Origin: an uncultured bacterium
GTDB taxonomy: Bacteria > Hydrothermota > UBA3073 > NMUJ01 > CBEVQO01
Direction: 5' to 3'
Length of the DNA: 64,000 nt
Assembly (NCBI GenBank): GCA_965552055.1
Contig: CBEVQO010000002.1
Span: forward strand, 160,001-224,000
Shown: positions 9,362-20,300 of the stretch, piece by piece
Position numbering within the stretch: position 1 is the stretch's first letter
Layout: each line of letters opens with the position of its first letter
Position numbers and translations under genes: made by a program
The notes under the pieces: model-generated
Databases searched by the model: none
What the model saw: only the letters and a program-made list of their open reading frames with translations
What the model was told of the DNA's origin: nothing

Positions 9362-10646
9362 AATCCGGGGTAACCTTTACTTTTTTAATTTTTGAATTGG
9401 GCAACTGATACAGTAAATCCTGGAATAACATAAACATAACCGTATGTAATCTCCTTGCACCTATATCTTCTGTTTCTCTGTTCACTTTAGCAGCAATTTC
9501 TGCAATCTCCGTTATAGCATCATCTGTAAATTCAAGCTCTACACCCTCTGTCGCAAATAAAGCTTTATATTGCTTTGTCAGAGCATTTTCCGGCTCAACG
9601 AGTATTCTTCTAAAATCTTCAGCAGTTAAAGGATTGAGTTTTACCCTTATTGGAAACCTTCCCTGTAATTCTGGCATCAAATCTGAAGGTTTTTTTGTTA
9701 TAAATGCACCTGCTCCTATAAACAAAATATGGTCTGTTTTAACAATCCCGTATTTCGTCATAACATTTGTTCCTTCAACGATAGGCAAAAGGTCTCTCTG
9801 CACACCGAGACGCGAAACATCAGGACCATGATGCTCACCTGCACCTATTATCTTATCCATCTCATCTATAAAAACTATACCAAATTCCTGAGTCCTGTAG
9901 CGCGCTTCTTCTATCACCTCATCCATATCTATTAATTTTTCTGCTTCCTCCTGCACAAAAGTTCTTCTCGCTTCTTCAACCGTTACTTTTTTCTTCTTCC
10001 TCTTAAACCCGGGGAATAAATCCGACCATAACTCTTGTAAATTAGTTGCTATCTCTTCCATGCCTGCTGGCGCAAATACTTCTATTATCTGCATGGGCTT
10101 CTCTTCTTTGCTTATCTCTATCAATTCTTTATCATATTCACCTTTTCTTAATCTTTGTCTTATTTCTTCTCGCGTCAAAATCGGTGCATCATTATCTATA
10201 TCAATTCTGTTTCTGTTTTTCTTCAACAACATATCAACAATTTTATTTTCCGCTATCTTCTCTGCTTTTTGCATTACTTCCTGTAACTTCTCAGCTTTCA
10301 CCATATTAACTGCAAGATTCATAAGGTCTCGTATCATCGATTGCACATCTTTACCGACATATCCTACTTCAGTAAACTTCGTTGCTTCAACTTTTAAGAA
10401 TGGTGCTTTAACAAGGCGTGCAAGACGACGAGCAATTTCTGTCTTACCTACTCCAGTTGGACCCATCAAAATTATATTATTCGGCATTATTTCTTCTTTA
10501 ATCCTGCCCTCCACTCTTTGTCTCCGCCATCTATTTCTTACCGCTATCGCTACCGCTTTTTTAGCCTCATCCTGACCAACGATATACTTATCCAGCTCCT
10601 TAACTATTTTCTCAGGCGTCAAATCTTCAATATTTATTTCTTTCAT
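9300..10646 (-). CDS. hslU: HslU ATPase subunit of the HslUV protease
   Basis: LTPEKIVKELDKYIVGQ, GPTGVGKT, EATKFTEVGYVG, DLSRYIL C-terminus; ATG 10646 overlaps the upstream stop (ATGA). Confidence 0.97.
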   Translation of the reverse strand: MKEINIEDLTPEKIVKELDKYIVGQDEAKKAVAIAVRNRWRRQRVEGRIKEEIMPNNIILMGPTGVGKTEIARRLARLVKAPFLKVEATKFTEVGYVGKDVQSMIRDLMNLAVNMVKAEKLQEVMQKAEKIAENKIVDMLLKKNRNRIDIDNDAPILTREEIRQRLRKGEYDKELIEISKEEKPMQIIEVFAPAGMEEIATNLQELWSDLFPGFKRKKKKVTVEEARRTFVQEEAEKLIDMDEVIEEARYRTQEFGIVFIDEMDKIIGAGEHHGPDVSRLGVQRDLLPIVEGTNVMTKYGIVKTDHILFIGAGAFITKKPSDLMPELQGRFPIRVKLNPLTAEDFRRILVEPENALTKQYKALFATEGVELEFTDDAITEIAEIAAKVNRETEDIGARRLHTVMFMLFQDLLYQLPNSKIKKVKVTPDYVRERLKNIAEDRDLSRYIL

Positions 10647-11227
10647 CTCTCCTCCCACACTTCATTTAAATTTATCTCAAAACCCCGAAGTAATTTTGAC
10701 CTCAATTTATCTTCTCCCTTAAAATGACCAAAAAGTTTATATTTCCCTTCTTCTAAATAATAAACAAAAACTTCTTTTTTGTCCGGGTCACATATCCAGT
10801 ACTCCTTTACTCCTGCCTTCTCATATTCCTTAAACTTCTCCTCTTTATCTACCTTTTCAGTACCAGGGGATATTACCTCAACTACAAGATCTGGCACATC
10901 ACAGTATTTTTCATGCAATTTCCATTTGTTTTCCTTAAGCACAAAGATAATATCGGGCTCCCTTATCTTACCTTCCCACAATCTCACAGGATAGGGTGCA
11001 AGCACAACCTTTCCTTTCTCATTTCTCTCAGCGAATTCACGCAACTTTATCGCAAGACGAAAAACCGTCTCCTGATGACGATAGGTGGGCATCGGCGCCA
11101 TGATTAGCCTCCCGTCACTCAACTCAACTATCCTGTTCGTATCTGGCAAACTGAAATACGCCTCTTCCGTCCACTCACCCTGACGCGGAAACAACTCCGC
11201 TACCTCTATCGTCAAATTACCCTTCAT
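10643..11227 (-). CDS. Uma2 family (DUF820) putative endonuclease, third copy in the operon
   Basis: [43 protein letters not shown]. Confidence 0.9.
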   Translation of the reverse strand: MKGNLTIEVAELFPRQGEWTEEAYFSLPDTNRIVELSDGRLIMAPMPTYRHQETVFRLAIKLREFAERNEKGKVVLAPYPVRLWEGKIREPDIIFVLKENKWKLHEKYCDVPDLVVEVISPGTEKVDKEEKFKEYEKAGVKEYWICDPDKKEVFVYYLEEGKYKLFGHFKGEDKLRSKLLRGFEINLNEVWEER

Positions 11228-11801
11228 AAAATATCTCGCTTAAATCTACTTCAAAACATTCCAATAACTTTGACCTCAATTTATCTTCTCCCTTAAAATG
11301 ACCAAAAAGTTTATATTTCCCTTCTTCCAAATAATAAACAAAAACTTCTTTTTTGTCTGGGTCACATATCCAGTATTCCTTTACTCCTGCCTCCTCATAT
11401 TCTTTAAATTTCTCTTCTTTATCTGTCTTCTCAGTGCTTGGTGATAAAATTTCCACAACCAAATCCGGTGTTTCACAATATTTCTCGTGTATCTTTTGAG
11501 AAAATTCTTTAAAAATAAAGAAAATATCGGGTTCTCTTATTAAATTTTCCCCTAATTTTACAGGTAAAGGGGCAATAAATACTTCTCCTATATTTTTTTC
11601 ATTTACAAAATCATCCAATATCTTGAATAAACGCTGAAGAATCCTTTGATGCTTTATTGTAGGCATTGGTGCCATGACCAACCTCCCTTTCACAAGTTCC
11701 ACTATCCTGTTCGTATCTGGCAAACTGAAATATGCTTCTTCCGTCCACTCACCCTGACGCGGAAACAACTCCGCTACCTCTATCGTCAAATTACCCTTCA
11801 T
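11217..11801 (-). CDS. Uma2 family putative endonuclease, second copy
   Basis: Same motifs; N- and C-termini near-identical to neighbours, centre divergent. Confidence 0.9.
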   Translation of the reverse strand: MKGNLTIEVAELFPRQGEWTEEAYFSLPDTNRIVELVKGRLVMAPMPTIKHQRILQRLFKILDDFVNEKNIGEVFIAPLPVKLGENLIREPDIFFIFKEFSQKIHEKYCETPDLVVEILSPSTEKTDKEEKFKEYEEAGVKEYWICDPDKKEVFVYYLEEGKYKLFGHFKGEDKLRSKLLECFEVDLSEIFYEG

Positions 11802-12378
11802 AAAATATCTCGCTTAAACCTACCTCAAAATCCTCCAATAACTTTGACCTCAATTTATCCCTTTCCTTAAAATGACCAAAAAGTTTATATTTCCCTTCTT
11901 CCAAATAATAAACAAAAATTTCTTTTTTATCTGGGTCACATATCCAGTATTCCTTTACCCCTGCCTTCTCATATTCCTTAAACTTCTCCTCTTTATCCAC
12001 CTTTTCAGTACCAGGGGATATCACCTCAACTACAAGATCTGGCACATCACAGTATTTTTCATGCAATTTCCATTTGTTTTCCTTAAGCACAAAGATAATA
12101 TCGGGTTCCCTTATTTTACCTTCCCACAATCTCACAGGATAAGGTGCAAGCACAACCCAGCCACAATCACGCTTCTTTGCAAATGAACGAAGGGCTTCAA
12201 AAAGACGAGCTACCGTCTCCTGATGCCTGTAAGTAGGCATAGGTGCCATAATTAGCCTCCCATCACTCAACTCCACTATCCTGTTCGTATCGGGTAAACT
12301 AAAATATGCTTCTTCCGTCCATTCACCCTGACGCGGAAACAACTCCGCTACCTCTATTGTCAAATTTTTATCCATCAT
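11791..12378 (-). CDS. Uma2 family putative endonuclease, first copy
   Basis: Same motifs; start overlaps the hslV stop. Confidence 0.9.
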   Translation of the reverse strand: MMDKNLTIEVAELFPRQGEWTEEAYFSLPDTNRIVELSDGRLIMAPMPTYRHQETVARLFEALRSFAKKRDCGWVVLAPYPVRLWEGKIREPDIIFVLKENKWKLHEKYCDVPDLVVEVISPGTEKVDKEEKFKEYEKAGVKEYWICDPDKKEIFVYYLEEGKYKLFGHFKERDKLRSKLLEDFEVGLSEIFYEG

Positions 12379-12908
12379 TCCAGAGTTTCAATAACAATAT
12401 TTTCATTTGTATAAACACAAATTGAAGCCGTTATTTTTATTGCCTCTTCAACAATCTCCTTTGCTGATAAATTTGTATATTTCAAAAGGGCTTTCGCAAC
12501 TGCAAGAGCCATTGGACCACCCGAACCCAAAGCAATAATCCCATCTTCTGGCTCTATAACATCACCTGTCCCTGAAACAATATAAGAATGTTCCCTGTCC
12601 ATTATACCGAGTAAAGCCTCCAATCTCCTCAAAACCTTATCCGTACGCCAATCTTTAGCAAGTTCGACAGCAGCTTTCTGGATATTGCCCTGAGCCTGAC
12701 GCAATTTCTCCTCAAAGCGCTCAAACAAAGTCAAAGCATCAGCAACACTTCCAGCAAAACCAACAAGCACTTTGCCATCAAACATCTTGCGAACTTTACG
12801 GGCAGTATGCTTCACAATGGTTTCACCAAGAGTCACCTGACCATCACCAGCCATGGCAACTTTGCCAGCACGCCTGACACCAATTATAGTTGTGCTTCTT
12901 ATTTCCAT
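12375..12908 (-). CDS. hslV: HslV threonine protease subunit
   Basis: [33 protein letters not shown]; second ATG (12908) fits the leaderless promoter. Confidence 0.97.
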   Translation of the reverse strand: MEIRSTTIIGVRRAGKVAMAGDGQVTLGETIVKHTARKVRKMFDGKVLVGFAGSVADALTLFERFEEKLRQAQGNIQKAAVELAKDWRTDKVLRRLEALLGIMDREHSYIVSGTGDVIEPEDGIIALGSGGPMALAVAKALLKYTNLSAKEIVEEAIKITASICVYTNENIVIETLE

Positions 12909-12913
12909 CATTT

Positions 12914-12940
12914 ATTATAATCAAATAAACAAAAAGTCAA
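12914..12940 (-). promoter_or_regulatory. hslV promoter TTGACT-N15-TATAAT-N5-ATG
   Basis: Reverse complement reads TTGACT TTTTGTTTATTTGAT TATAAT AAATG ATG. Confidence 0.75.
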
Positions 12941-12950
12941 ATTATTTTTA

Positions 12951-13116
12951 GCCCCGCCTCCGCTGTCCCCACCTTCCCGATTAAGTCAGCCCACTGCTTC
13001 CCCTTCTTAAACGCAAGCAGAAGATAAAGCGTAAAACACCAGAGTAACCCACATCCCCGTAATGGGCTGACATATCAACCCATATGTAATAGGCTCGCTT
13101 ACGCTCGCATTAAAAA
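12951..13116. repeat. About 165-bp intergenic REP/BIME-like element, copy A
   Basis: Highly similar to 25202-25366; internal inverted pair GTCAGCCCA / TGGGCTGAC. Confidence 0.85.
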
Positions 13117-13252
13117 TTTTTAACATCGCACACTCTTGCCGCAATGCATTGCTTGACCTCAATGTGTCTTTCTAAAACATTTCAAAAACCCAATGAAACA
13201 AACCACAAGCATGCCAATGAAATGCAGTTCACTCTCACCGCTCAGGTATTGA

Positions 13253-13297
13253 CTCACAACCTATATGTAATGTGCTCGGCTACGCCGGGCAATAAAA
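13253..13297. repeat. Right-end module of the repeat family (CTCGGC-TAC-GCCGGG hairpin)
   Basis: ctcacaacctatatgtaatgtgctcggctacgccgggc closely matches 62847-62885. Confidence 0.75.
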
Positions 13298-13299
13298 CA

Positions 13300-13326
13300 T
13301 TGACAAAACTGCCCTGAAATTATCAT
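13300..13326 (+). promoter_or_regulatory. Promoter TTGACA-N15-TATCAT-N5-GTG
   Basis: TTGACA 13300-13305, TATCAT 13321-13326, GTG 13332. Confidence 0.7.
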
Positions 13327-13331
13327 AAAAA

Positions 13332-14345
13332 GTGAAAATACTGATAATACAGGTGGCAGGGATTGGTGATGCAGTAATGGGCTTGCCAGCATTCAGGACA
13401 GTAAAAGAAAACAACAAAAACGCAATTCTACATCTTTTAACAACACCTCGCACGCAAAACCTTATAAAACATCAAAAAATCTTCAATAAAATATTTATAT
13501 TCGATTTGAACAGAGCAAAAAAAATCCAGAATGTAGAATACACAATAAAAAATATCTTCAATCTGATTAGAAAATTACGCAAACAAAAATATGACCTTGT
13601 TATAAACTTTTTCCGCTTGCCAACATTCTGGGGTACTTTAAGGATGCTCTTTTTCATAAAACTCATAGGAGCAAAGAAAACAGCAGGAAGAAGCCCCAGA
13701 TATAAATTTTTCGATTACACTTATGTGGAAGAAAATCCGCATGAAATCGAAAAAAATCTAAAATTGTGCGAAATACTCGGATTTAAAATAAAAGAGAAAT
13801 TACCACAAATTATAATACCAGAAGAAGCAGAAGAAAAAATCAAGAAATGGCTTTATAAAATAAATCCCCAAAACAAAATTTTAATTGGGATAAATTTGGG
13901 CGGAATGAAGCCAGCATACAGATGGGATACAGAAAATTATCGCAAATTGTGTGAAGAAATTTTGAAAAAATATGATGCAAAAATAATATTGATAGGTGCA
14001 AAAGAAGATAAAATTTATGAAAAATATTTTGAAAATTTAAATGTGATTTCTGCAATTGGCAAATTTTCTTTGATAGAAATCTGTGCACTTTTAAAAAATT
14101 TGAATTTATTGATAACACATGATAGCGGGATAATGCACATAGCATCAGCACTCTCCACACCTTTAATAGCGCTTTTGGGACCAGCACACCCATCTGTAGA
14201 ACCCGTAGGCACAGGCAAAATAATAAAAATAAGGAAAAAAGTAAAATGCTCACCCTGTAACAAAATAATATGCAAAAAAAACATCTGCATGAAAAAAATA
14301 ACATTAGAAGAAGTATTGAAACAAGTTGACATTCTGATAGCTTAA
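13332..14345 (+). CDS. Glycosyltransferase family 9 (LPS heptosyltransferase-like)
   Basis: KILIIQVAGIGDAV, ITHDSGIMHIASA, CSPC...C motifs. Confidence 0.9.
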   Translation: MKILIIQVAGIGDAVMGLPAFRTVKENNKNAILHLLTTPRTQNLIKHQKIFNKIFIFDLNRAKKIQNVEYTIKNIFNLIRKLRKQKYDLVINFFRLPTFWGTLRMLFFIKLIGAKKTAGRSPRYKFFDYTYVEENPHEIEKNLKLCEILGFKIKEKLPQIIIPEEAEEKIKKWLYKINPQNKILIGINLGGMKPAYRWDTENYRKLCEEILKKYDAKIILIGAKEDKIYEKYFENLNVISAIGKFSLIEICALLKNLNLLITHDSGIMHIASALSTPLIALLGPAHPSVEPVGTGKIIKIRKKVKCSPCNKIICKKNICMKKITLEEVLKQVDILIA

Positions 14346-14352
14346 ATAAAAT
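14326..14352 (+). promoter_or_regulatory. Promoter TTGACA-N15-TAAAAT-N5-ATG embedded in the end of the GT9 gene
   Basis: TTGACA 14326-14331, TAAAAT 14347-14352, ATG 14358. Confidence 0.7.
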
Positions 14353-14357
14353 AATCG

Positions 14358-16265
14358 ATGAAATTACATTTTGTAATAGGGATTCATTGTCATCAACCTG
14401 TTGGGAATCCGCCGCAAATAATCGATGAAATAACAAAAAAATGTTATTTACCATTTTTAAAAGAAGTTTATAATTATCCGCAATTTAAGTTTTCTTTACA
14501 TTATTCGGGCAATCTTTTAAAGTATATGAAAGAAAATCAAAGAGAAGTTTTTGAACTTATTTCTGATATGGTAAAAAGAGGTCAGGTTGAGCTTTTATCG
14601 GGAGGTTTTTATGAACCTATTTTTACAATAATACCTGAGAGAGATGCTATAGGTCAGATAAAAAAGATGAATGAATTTATTTATCAAAATTTCGGTGTTA
14701 AGCCCAGTGGAATGTGGCTTACTGAGCGCACATGGGAACCACATTTACCCAGAATACTACGCAAGGCAGATATTGAATACACAATACTCGATGATACCCA
14801 TTTCTTTATTGCAGGTGTTAAAAATATCCACAAATATTATATTACGGAAAGTGAAGGATTCACATTGAAAATTTTCCCGATAGACAAAAATTTGAGATAT
14901 TTAATTCCTTTTAGAAAGATTGATGAACTTGAGAGATATTTAAGGGATATTTCGAAAGAGGGTGATGCCATTTACGCTGATGACGGTGAGAAGTTTGGTA
15001 GCTGGCCAGGTACTTATGAGTGGGTTTATGAAAAAGGCTGGCTACGGGATTTTCTTTCTTTCATCACAAATTGCGATTGGATAGAAACTCTCACATTTTC
15101 AGAATATATGAGCAAATTTCCACCAGAGAAATTGATTTTTATTCCACCTGCTTCTTATGATGAAATGATGGAATGGGTTTTACTTCCTGAAGATGGTAGA
15201 GACTTTTTGCTTGCCAAGAGAGAGGTTCCTGACAAATATAAAAAATTTTTGCGTGGCGGATTTTTCCGACAATTTTTTGTAAAATATCCAGAAAGCAATA
15301 ATATGCATAAAAAAATGATTTATGTAAGTGAGAAAGTTGCTTCAATGCCCGATGGTTTAGAAAAAGAAAAAGCACTTGACCTTTTATATCGTGGTCAGGT
15401 TAATGACCCTTACTGGCATGGAGTTTTTGGTGGAATTTATCTTCCTTCTCTCCGTGAGGAAGTTTATAAGAATTTAATTTGTGCAGAAAAAATTACAGAT
15501 GAAAAAATGGGCTGGAAAGAATTTGATTTTGATAAAGACGGAAAAAATGAAATTATTTTCGAAAATAAAAAATGGGCAGTTTATGTAAAGCCAGATTATG
15601 GTGGATGTATTTTTGAATTGGATTTTAGGACTTTAAATAAAAATTTACTAAATGTTTTAACAAGGCGGGAAGAGACATATCATACAGGGATTGAAGAAGT
15701 AAAAGTAGAAGAAGGTATAGAAAGTATTCATGAGATTGGAAAGAAAATAGACGAAAAATTGCAAAAGTATCTTGTATATGATAGATATAGGAAAGTTTCT
15801 TTGCTTGACCACATTGTTTCTCCTGATGTAACTCCTGAAGATTTTAATTTCTTACATTTTAAAGATTTCGGAGATTTTGTGGGAAAAAGTTTTGACCGGG
15901 AGATAAAAGAAGACAAATTAATTTTGCATCGTAAGGCAGGAAACTTTGAAATCTTAAAAGAAATAAAGGTAAAGGAAAAAATTGAGATTTTTTACAAAGT
16001 GAAAGGCGAAGGTGATTATTTTTATTGTAATGAGTGGTCAATTTTGCTGTTCGATGGACAATTTAAAGTCGAAAATAATAAAGTTGTGATGTTCGATAAA
16101 TTAATTCTGGAATTTAGTGGTGCAGATAAAATATTTTATTTCCCGATAAAATGTGTATCACAGTCAGAGAGTGGCTTTGAGTTGACGCATCAGGGTTATA
16201 CTTTTATAGCACTTTGGGAATTGTGCGAGAATTTGGAATTTACGATAAAACTTATTTCATTATAA
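14358..16265 (+). CDS. GH57 alpha-amylase / 4-alpha-glucanotransferase
   Basis: HCHQP, ELLSGGFYEPI, GMWLTERTWEP (nucleophile Glu), DDGEKFG (acid Asp), NDPYWHGVFGG. Confidence 0.92.
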   Translation: MKLHFVIGIHCHQPVGNPPQIIDEITKKCYLPFLKEVYNYPQFKFSLHYSGNLLKYMKENQREVFELISDMVKRGQVELLSGGFYEPIFTIIPERDAIGQIKKMNEFIYQNFGVKPSGMWLTERTWEPHLPRILRKADIEYTILDDTHFFIAGVKNIHKYYITESEGFTLKIFPIDKNLRYLIPFRKIDELERYLRDISKEGDAIYADDGEKFGSWPGTYEWVYEKGWLRDFLSFITNCDWIETLTFSEYMSKFPPEKLIFIPPASYDEMMEWVLLPEDGRDFLLAKREVPDKYKKFLRGGFFRQFFVKYPESNNMHKKMIYVSEKVASMPDGLEKEKALDLLYRGQVNDPYWHGVFGGIYLPSLREEVYKNLICAEKITDEKMGWKEFDFDKDGKNEIIFENKKWAVYVKPDYGGCIFELDFRTLNKNLLNVLTRREETYHTGIEEVKVEEGIESIHEIGKKIDEKLQKYLVYDRYRKVSLLDHIVSPDVTPEDFNFLHFKDFGDFVGKSFDREIKEDKLILHRKAGNFEILKEIKVKEKIEIFYKVKGEGDYFYCNEWSILLFDGQFKVENNKVVMFDKLILEFSGADKIFYFPIKCVSQSESGFELTHQGYTFIALWELCENLEFTIKLISL

Positions 16266-17334
16266 TTAATTTACCACTATATCCGTTTAAATTGAAGATA
16301 TAAATTCCTGCAGGCAAATCTTTTTTCCACCGCACGATTTTGTTGTTAAGCTCAATATTTTCGATTAATCTTCCTGATACATCATAAATTTTTAGTGTAT
16401 TTTTCGTCTTATGGGATTCAATTAAAAGTTCGTTTATATTTCTTAATATTTTGAGATAGTGTTCGCTTATATTTTCTTCGACTGCCGTGATTTTAGTCAT
16501 ATCGACTGTTGCAACACTCGATGCACTTAGTATTGCTGCTGTCGTATCTGTGTAAGAGCTTAAATCTGCTATTTGCTGTGTTTGTTTTGCAAAAGCGATG
16601 TCAAAGACATCTGGGTCTGACCAGTCGTCCGTTCCTCCACCAGGTGTCCATTCATCCTCCGAGTATGCGACTTCTCTGAATTTATATTCATCATTCAAAC
16701 CACAGCAGAGAGTTACAAAAATACTCTTATTCCAAGGAGTAATTGACCATTTAGAGACATCGATACCGAGTTCAATAAAGCCATTTAAAGTATCAACTTT
16801 AAAATAATTTTCAGAAGCACTGTCAATTATTGTCCAGTTTGCATCATAAACATCTACTTTCATATTTCTTACAGCAATACAATATTCCCATGCATTTAAA
16901 CTATCGAGCAGAAGATCTCCGTAGTCGCACAGCCATACCTGTCCGCTACCTTTTATGTGATCGAGGTCAATACAAATTGCAACAAAAGGCATCCATACTT
17001 CTCCATAGTCTATTTTTATAAGGAAATAAAGTTTATTTTGCGATTCATCGGCCGTTATTCTTATTTCTTTTATATCTGCTTCGGTTCCTCTGAAGTTTGT
17101 TGCTGTGGGATAGATGTAAGATGATGGGTTATCACTTGCAGCTAATGCATCTCCGCCGTCACCTTTATCATCATTTATAGCATCTCGCCATATGAATTCG
17201 CCTTCGGAGTAAGTAAAAGTGTCTTCAACAGCTGGAGATGTACCTATCCAGTCGCTGTCGTCGCCGTCAACAGTTATTATATGTGCCCACATACTATATG
17301 AAATGAATAGTGCTACGAACCACAACTTTTTCAT
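16252..17334 (-). CDS. Secreted glucodextranase-DOMON-like protein with T9SS-type CTD
   Basis: Signal peptide; ITVDGDDSDW; WRDAINDDKGDG...YIYPTATNFRGTEADI; IYDVSGR...AGIYIF tail. Confidence 0.75.
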   Translation of the reverse strand: MKKLWFVALFISYSMWAHIITVDGDDSDWIGTSPAVEDTFTYSEGEFIWRDAINDDKGDGGDALAASDNPSSYIYPTATNFRGTEADIKEIRITADESQNKLYFLIKIDYGEVWMPFVAICIDLDHIKGSGQVWLCDYGDLLLDSLNAWEYCIAVRNMKVDVYDANWTIIDSASENYFKVDTLNGFIELGIDVSKWSITPWNKSIFVTLCCGLNDEYKFREVAYSEDEWTPGGGTDDWSDPDVFDIAFAKQTQQIADLSSYTDTTAAILSASSVATVDMTKITAVEENISEHYLKILRNINELLIESHKTKNTLKIYDVSGRLIENIELNNKIVRWKKDLPAGIYIFNLNGYSGKLIIMK

Positions 17335-17337
17335 AGC

Positions 17338-20300
17338 TCACCTCCCTTTTAATATTACGATTTTGTCTTTTTTATTGTAATTTCCAGATTCAAATACTAC
17401 AAAGTAAATACCCGCATGTGCAAATTTTAATTTTAATAGATGTTCGCCTGCTTTTAGATTATTAGAATAATTATAAACTAATCTTCCTGCACAATCATAA
17501 ACTTTAATTTTAACTTTATTTTTCCCATTAGTTACAAAAGCTAAATTAATCAAGCCAAAAGCAGGATTTGGATAAATCTTTTTAAGCATTGTTCTTTCAA
17601 TCTTTCTTTCAAGAATTCCAACGAATATTATTCGAGATGAAATTAAAGAAGAGGCAGAATCTATAACATCAGGTTGAGAAAGGACAAAGTCATCTTTACT
17701 TTGTGTTTCTATTCCAAAAGAATTTCCTGTTATAATAGAGTCAAAATTTGCCTTTACATAATACACTTGAGAATCTTTCAATGTTTCTTCGAATACAAAC
17801 TGTGCAATACCTTCTGTAAAGTTCGTTTGTTGCAATAATATTGTGTCTTTGTATAACTTTAATTTTACACATCCTTCTTCTAAATCTCCCAATAGATGGA
17901 ATTTGATACCTTTAAATATTATAGCGTCTCCTTTAATTTTTGCTTTTAGTTTCAATAAAGGAAAGTCTTGTGTTCCTGCGCTAGCTGTATCTAGAGAGAT
18001 ATCTTTTGCGTATATGAATAGAGTATCGGGTAAATCTTTGATTATCCAATAATCTGTTGTTTCTGCAAACTCTTCCACAACATCCGGCTCTTTAACGAAA
18101 ATGAGGTTATGATTCATTAAGAATCTGACTTCTGTGTTAGGCGGACAATTTTCTGCTACATCAAATATTATATCTGCTTTATAAAGTTCTCCCTGTGATA
18201 GAGTGTCTTTAATAATAAATGATGCAAAACTATCAGGCGATGTATCAACCGCTAATATTTCATAAGGTGAAATTATTTTTATTGTTTTAAGAATAGCATT
18301 GCCTTCTATTTTCAGCTTTACACTATCTAATATTATTTCATCTTCGGATACGACAAGAGAACATCTAATTGTTTTCACTTCCTGTTGCCCTTGCACGATT
18401 GTACAGCTGGGTTCCGGAGATAAATATATTTTCAGCGTATCTGAAAAATCTACTATTTTAGCAAATTTCGTTTTGAATGGCAGATTAGACGAAGACATTA
18501 CATCGGGAGAAAATATATCAAAGAACAAGTTATTTTCAAAACCTATGGATATACTGTCTCCTATTTTTGCCAGTGGATTTAATTTTATTTGGATTTCATA
18601 AAATTGAGTATCAGGAGCAGGTTTAATTGTATCAATAAAGTTTAGATTTACAATCGTATCGACAAAGTTTTCTTTTGCAAGTAAAGAGGTATTTTTATAA
18701 AGATAAATACTATCTATGTAATTGCCATATCTTTTTACTTTCACTCCTTTAATGACCGCTGTTCCCATATAGCTTTGTGTAAACATTTTTATCAAGATGG
18801 AAGATGTCTTTTTCTTTTGCAATATTTTATCGGGCATTATATCTACAAATTTTGCAAATACCGTATCAGGACTTACAATTTTCGCAGTATCTGAATGAAT
18901 GGGGAAGTTTGAATCGAGAACGGTGTCAGGTGAAACCAAGGTTATATAGTTTTTAGCAGGAATAGAGAGAGCAATTTGATTTGAAGTTGCGTTTGATGAT
19001 ATGTTAAGAGCAATAAAGTAAGTAACAGTATCTCTTAAGGTATCTTCAGGAATATTGATTATTTGTGGTGATGAGCTGAAAAGTTCTTTTCCAATTAATA
19101 CATCTTCCAATAAATCAAAGATTTTATCACCGTTATCTTTAAAAACAAAAATACTCTCAATATCAGCGGAAGATGCAATTACAGGTCCAACTTTTATGCT
19201 ATCAAGTAAAGCAAAGTCCTCAGGTGTGTATATTTCTAATTCTATAAAAGGAACTTTCTTTTCTCCTTTTCCTGCGGAATCAGGTGCTATACTTTTGCCT
19301 TTCACTATACAAACATCGGGTTTATCTTCTATTATGCATGTGTCGCTTATTGCAGGCAAATTAGTGTCTGCAAGTTCACCCGGATAAATAAAGACAAAGA
19401 AAGATGTACTTTCAATTGCTACATTAAAGAATCTTCCAGGTTTTGCATATTTTGCAAGTTTATATCCAATATAAATATCGGTTAACGAAGTATCAATTTT
19501 GCAAGGAGTAAGTTCAATCCATTGAGTTTGTGAACAGAAAGATGTTTCTGCAAGTACTGTAGTGTTTGTGAATACTTTTATTGAATCAATATCCGAAAGT
19601 TCGTAATTCCCAAAAGTTTTCAGTTTAATTTTTATAAGAAAAGTAGAATCACGATTTGCACTGAGAGAAAGTCGTAATGCAGAGATAAAAGTATCCTGTA
19701 AAGCAGTTGAAGGAGCAAGATTTTGTTTATTTTTTATTTTGACCACGACAGGCGGGACATAAACTTTGAAGGTTAAAATTTTTGTATTATTTTTAGAGTA
19801 TCCATCGGTAAAATTAACTATCACCGAATCTCTGCAAATTCCTGTATCCACTATTGTAGGTGTGTATAAAAATTTGAGAGTAGTATCTTGGTCTACTTCT
19901 AATGATAAATTTGATACAAAACCATTTAAATTGTCGTTAATAAATTGTTCTACATTAATTCCACTTGCGTTATATCTTCCATAATTTTTTATTATCACAA
20001 ATGTAGTGCAAGTTGTATTTATTGCTACACTTTCGGGTGATATCCACATTGTATCTATTCCTGCTTCTGTATCCGCAAGCAATCTGCATAGAGGTATTCT
20101 GAAGTAATAGTTTAGATATCCATCAGATAAGTCTCTATCCCAGGCATTAGCACTTATTCCTTTTTGCCCGCCTATACAGTCAATTGCATCACACACTGAA
20201 TAATTTGCAGTTACATCTTGCGTATTTGGATCACCAGGTCTATTATCATAGGTAGCAAAGGATATAGTTATTGTATCTGTAATGGATAATGCAAGGTCTT

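Larger units (their letters stand above)
10643..12365. repeat. Tandem triplication with a 574-bp period
   Basis: Stops at 10643, 11217 and 11791; identical junction TTTTATGAAGGGTAATTTGACGATAGAGGTAGCGGAGTTG (minus strand) occurs twice. Confidence 0.95.

Noticed and set aside
10643..12378. Diversity-generating retroelement acting on the Uma2 copies
   Set aside because: No reverse transcriptase in the window, and differences between copies are not confined to adenines.
12909..12950. CIRCE/HrcA operator upstream of hslV
   Set aside because: No TTAGCACTC-N9-GAGTGCTAA match seen.
13253..13305. Integron attC site
   Set aside because: The central hairpin is reminiscent, but no paired RYYYAAC/GTTRRRY boxes, cassette array or integrase are evident.
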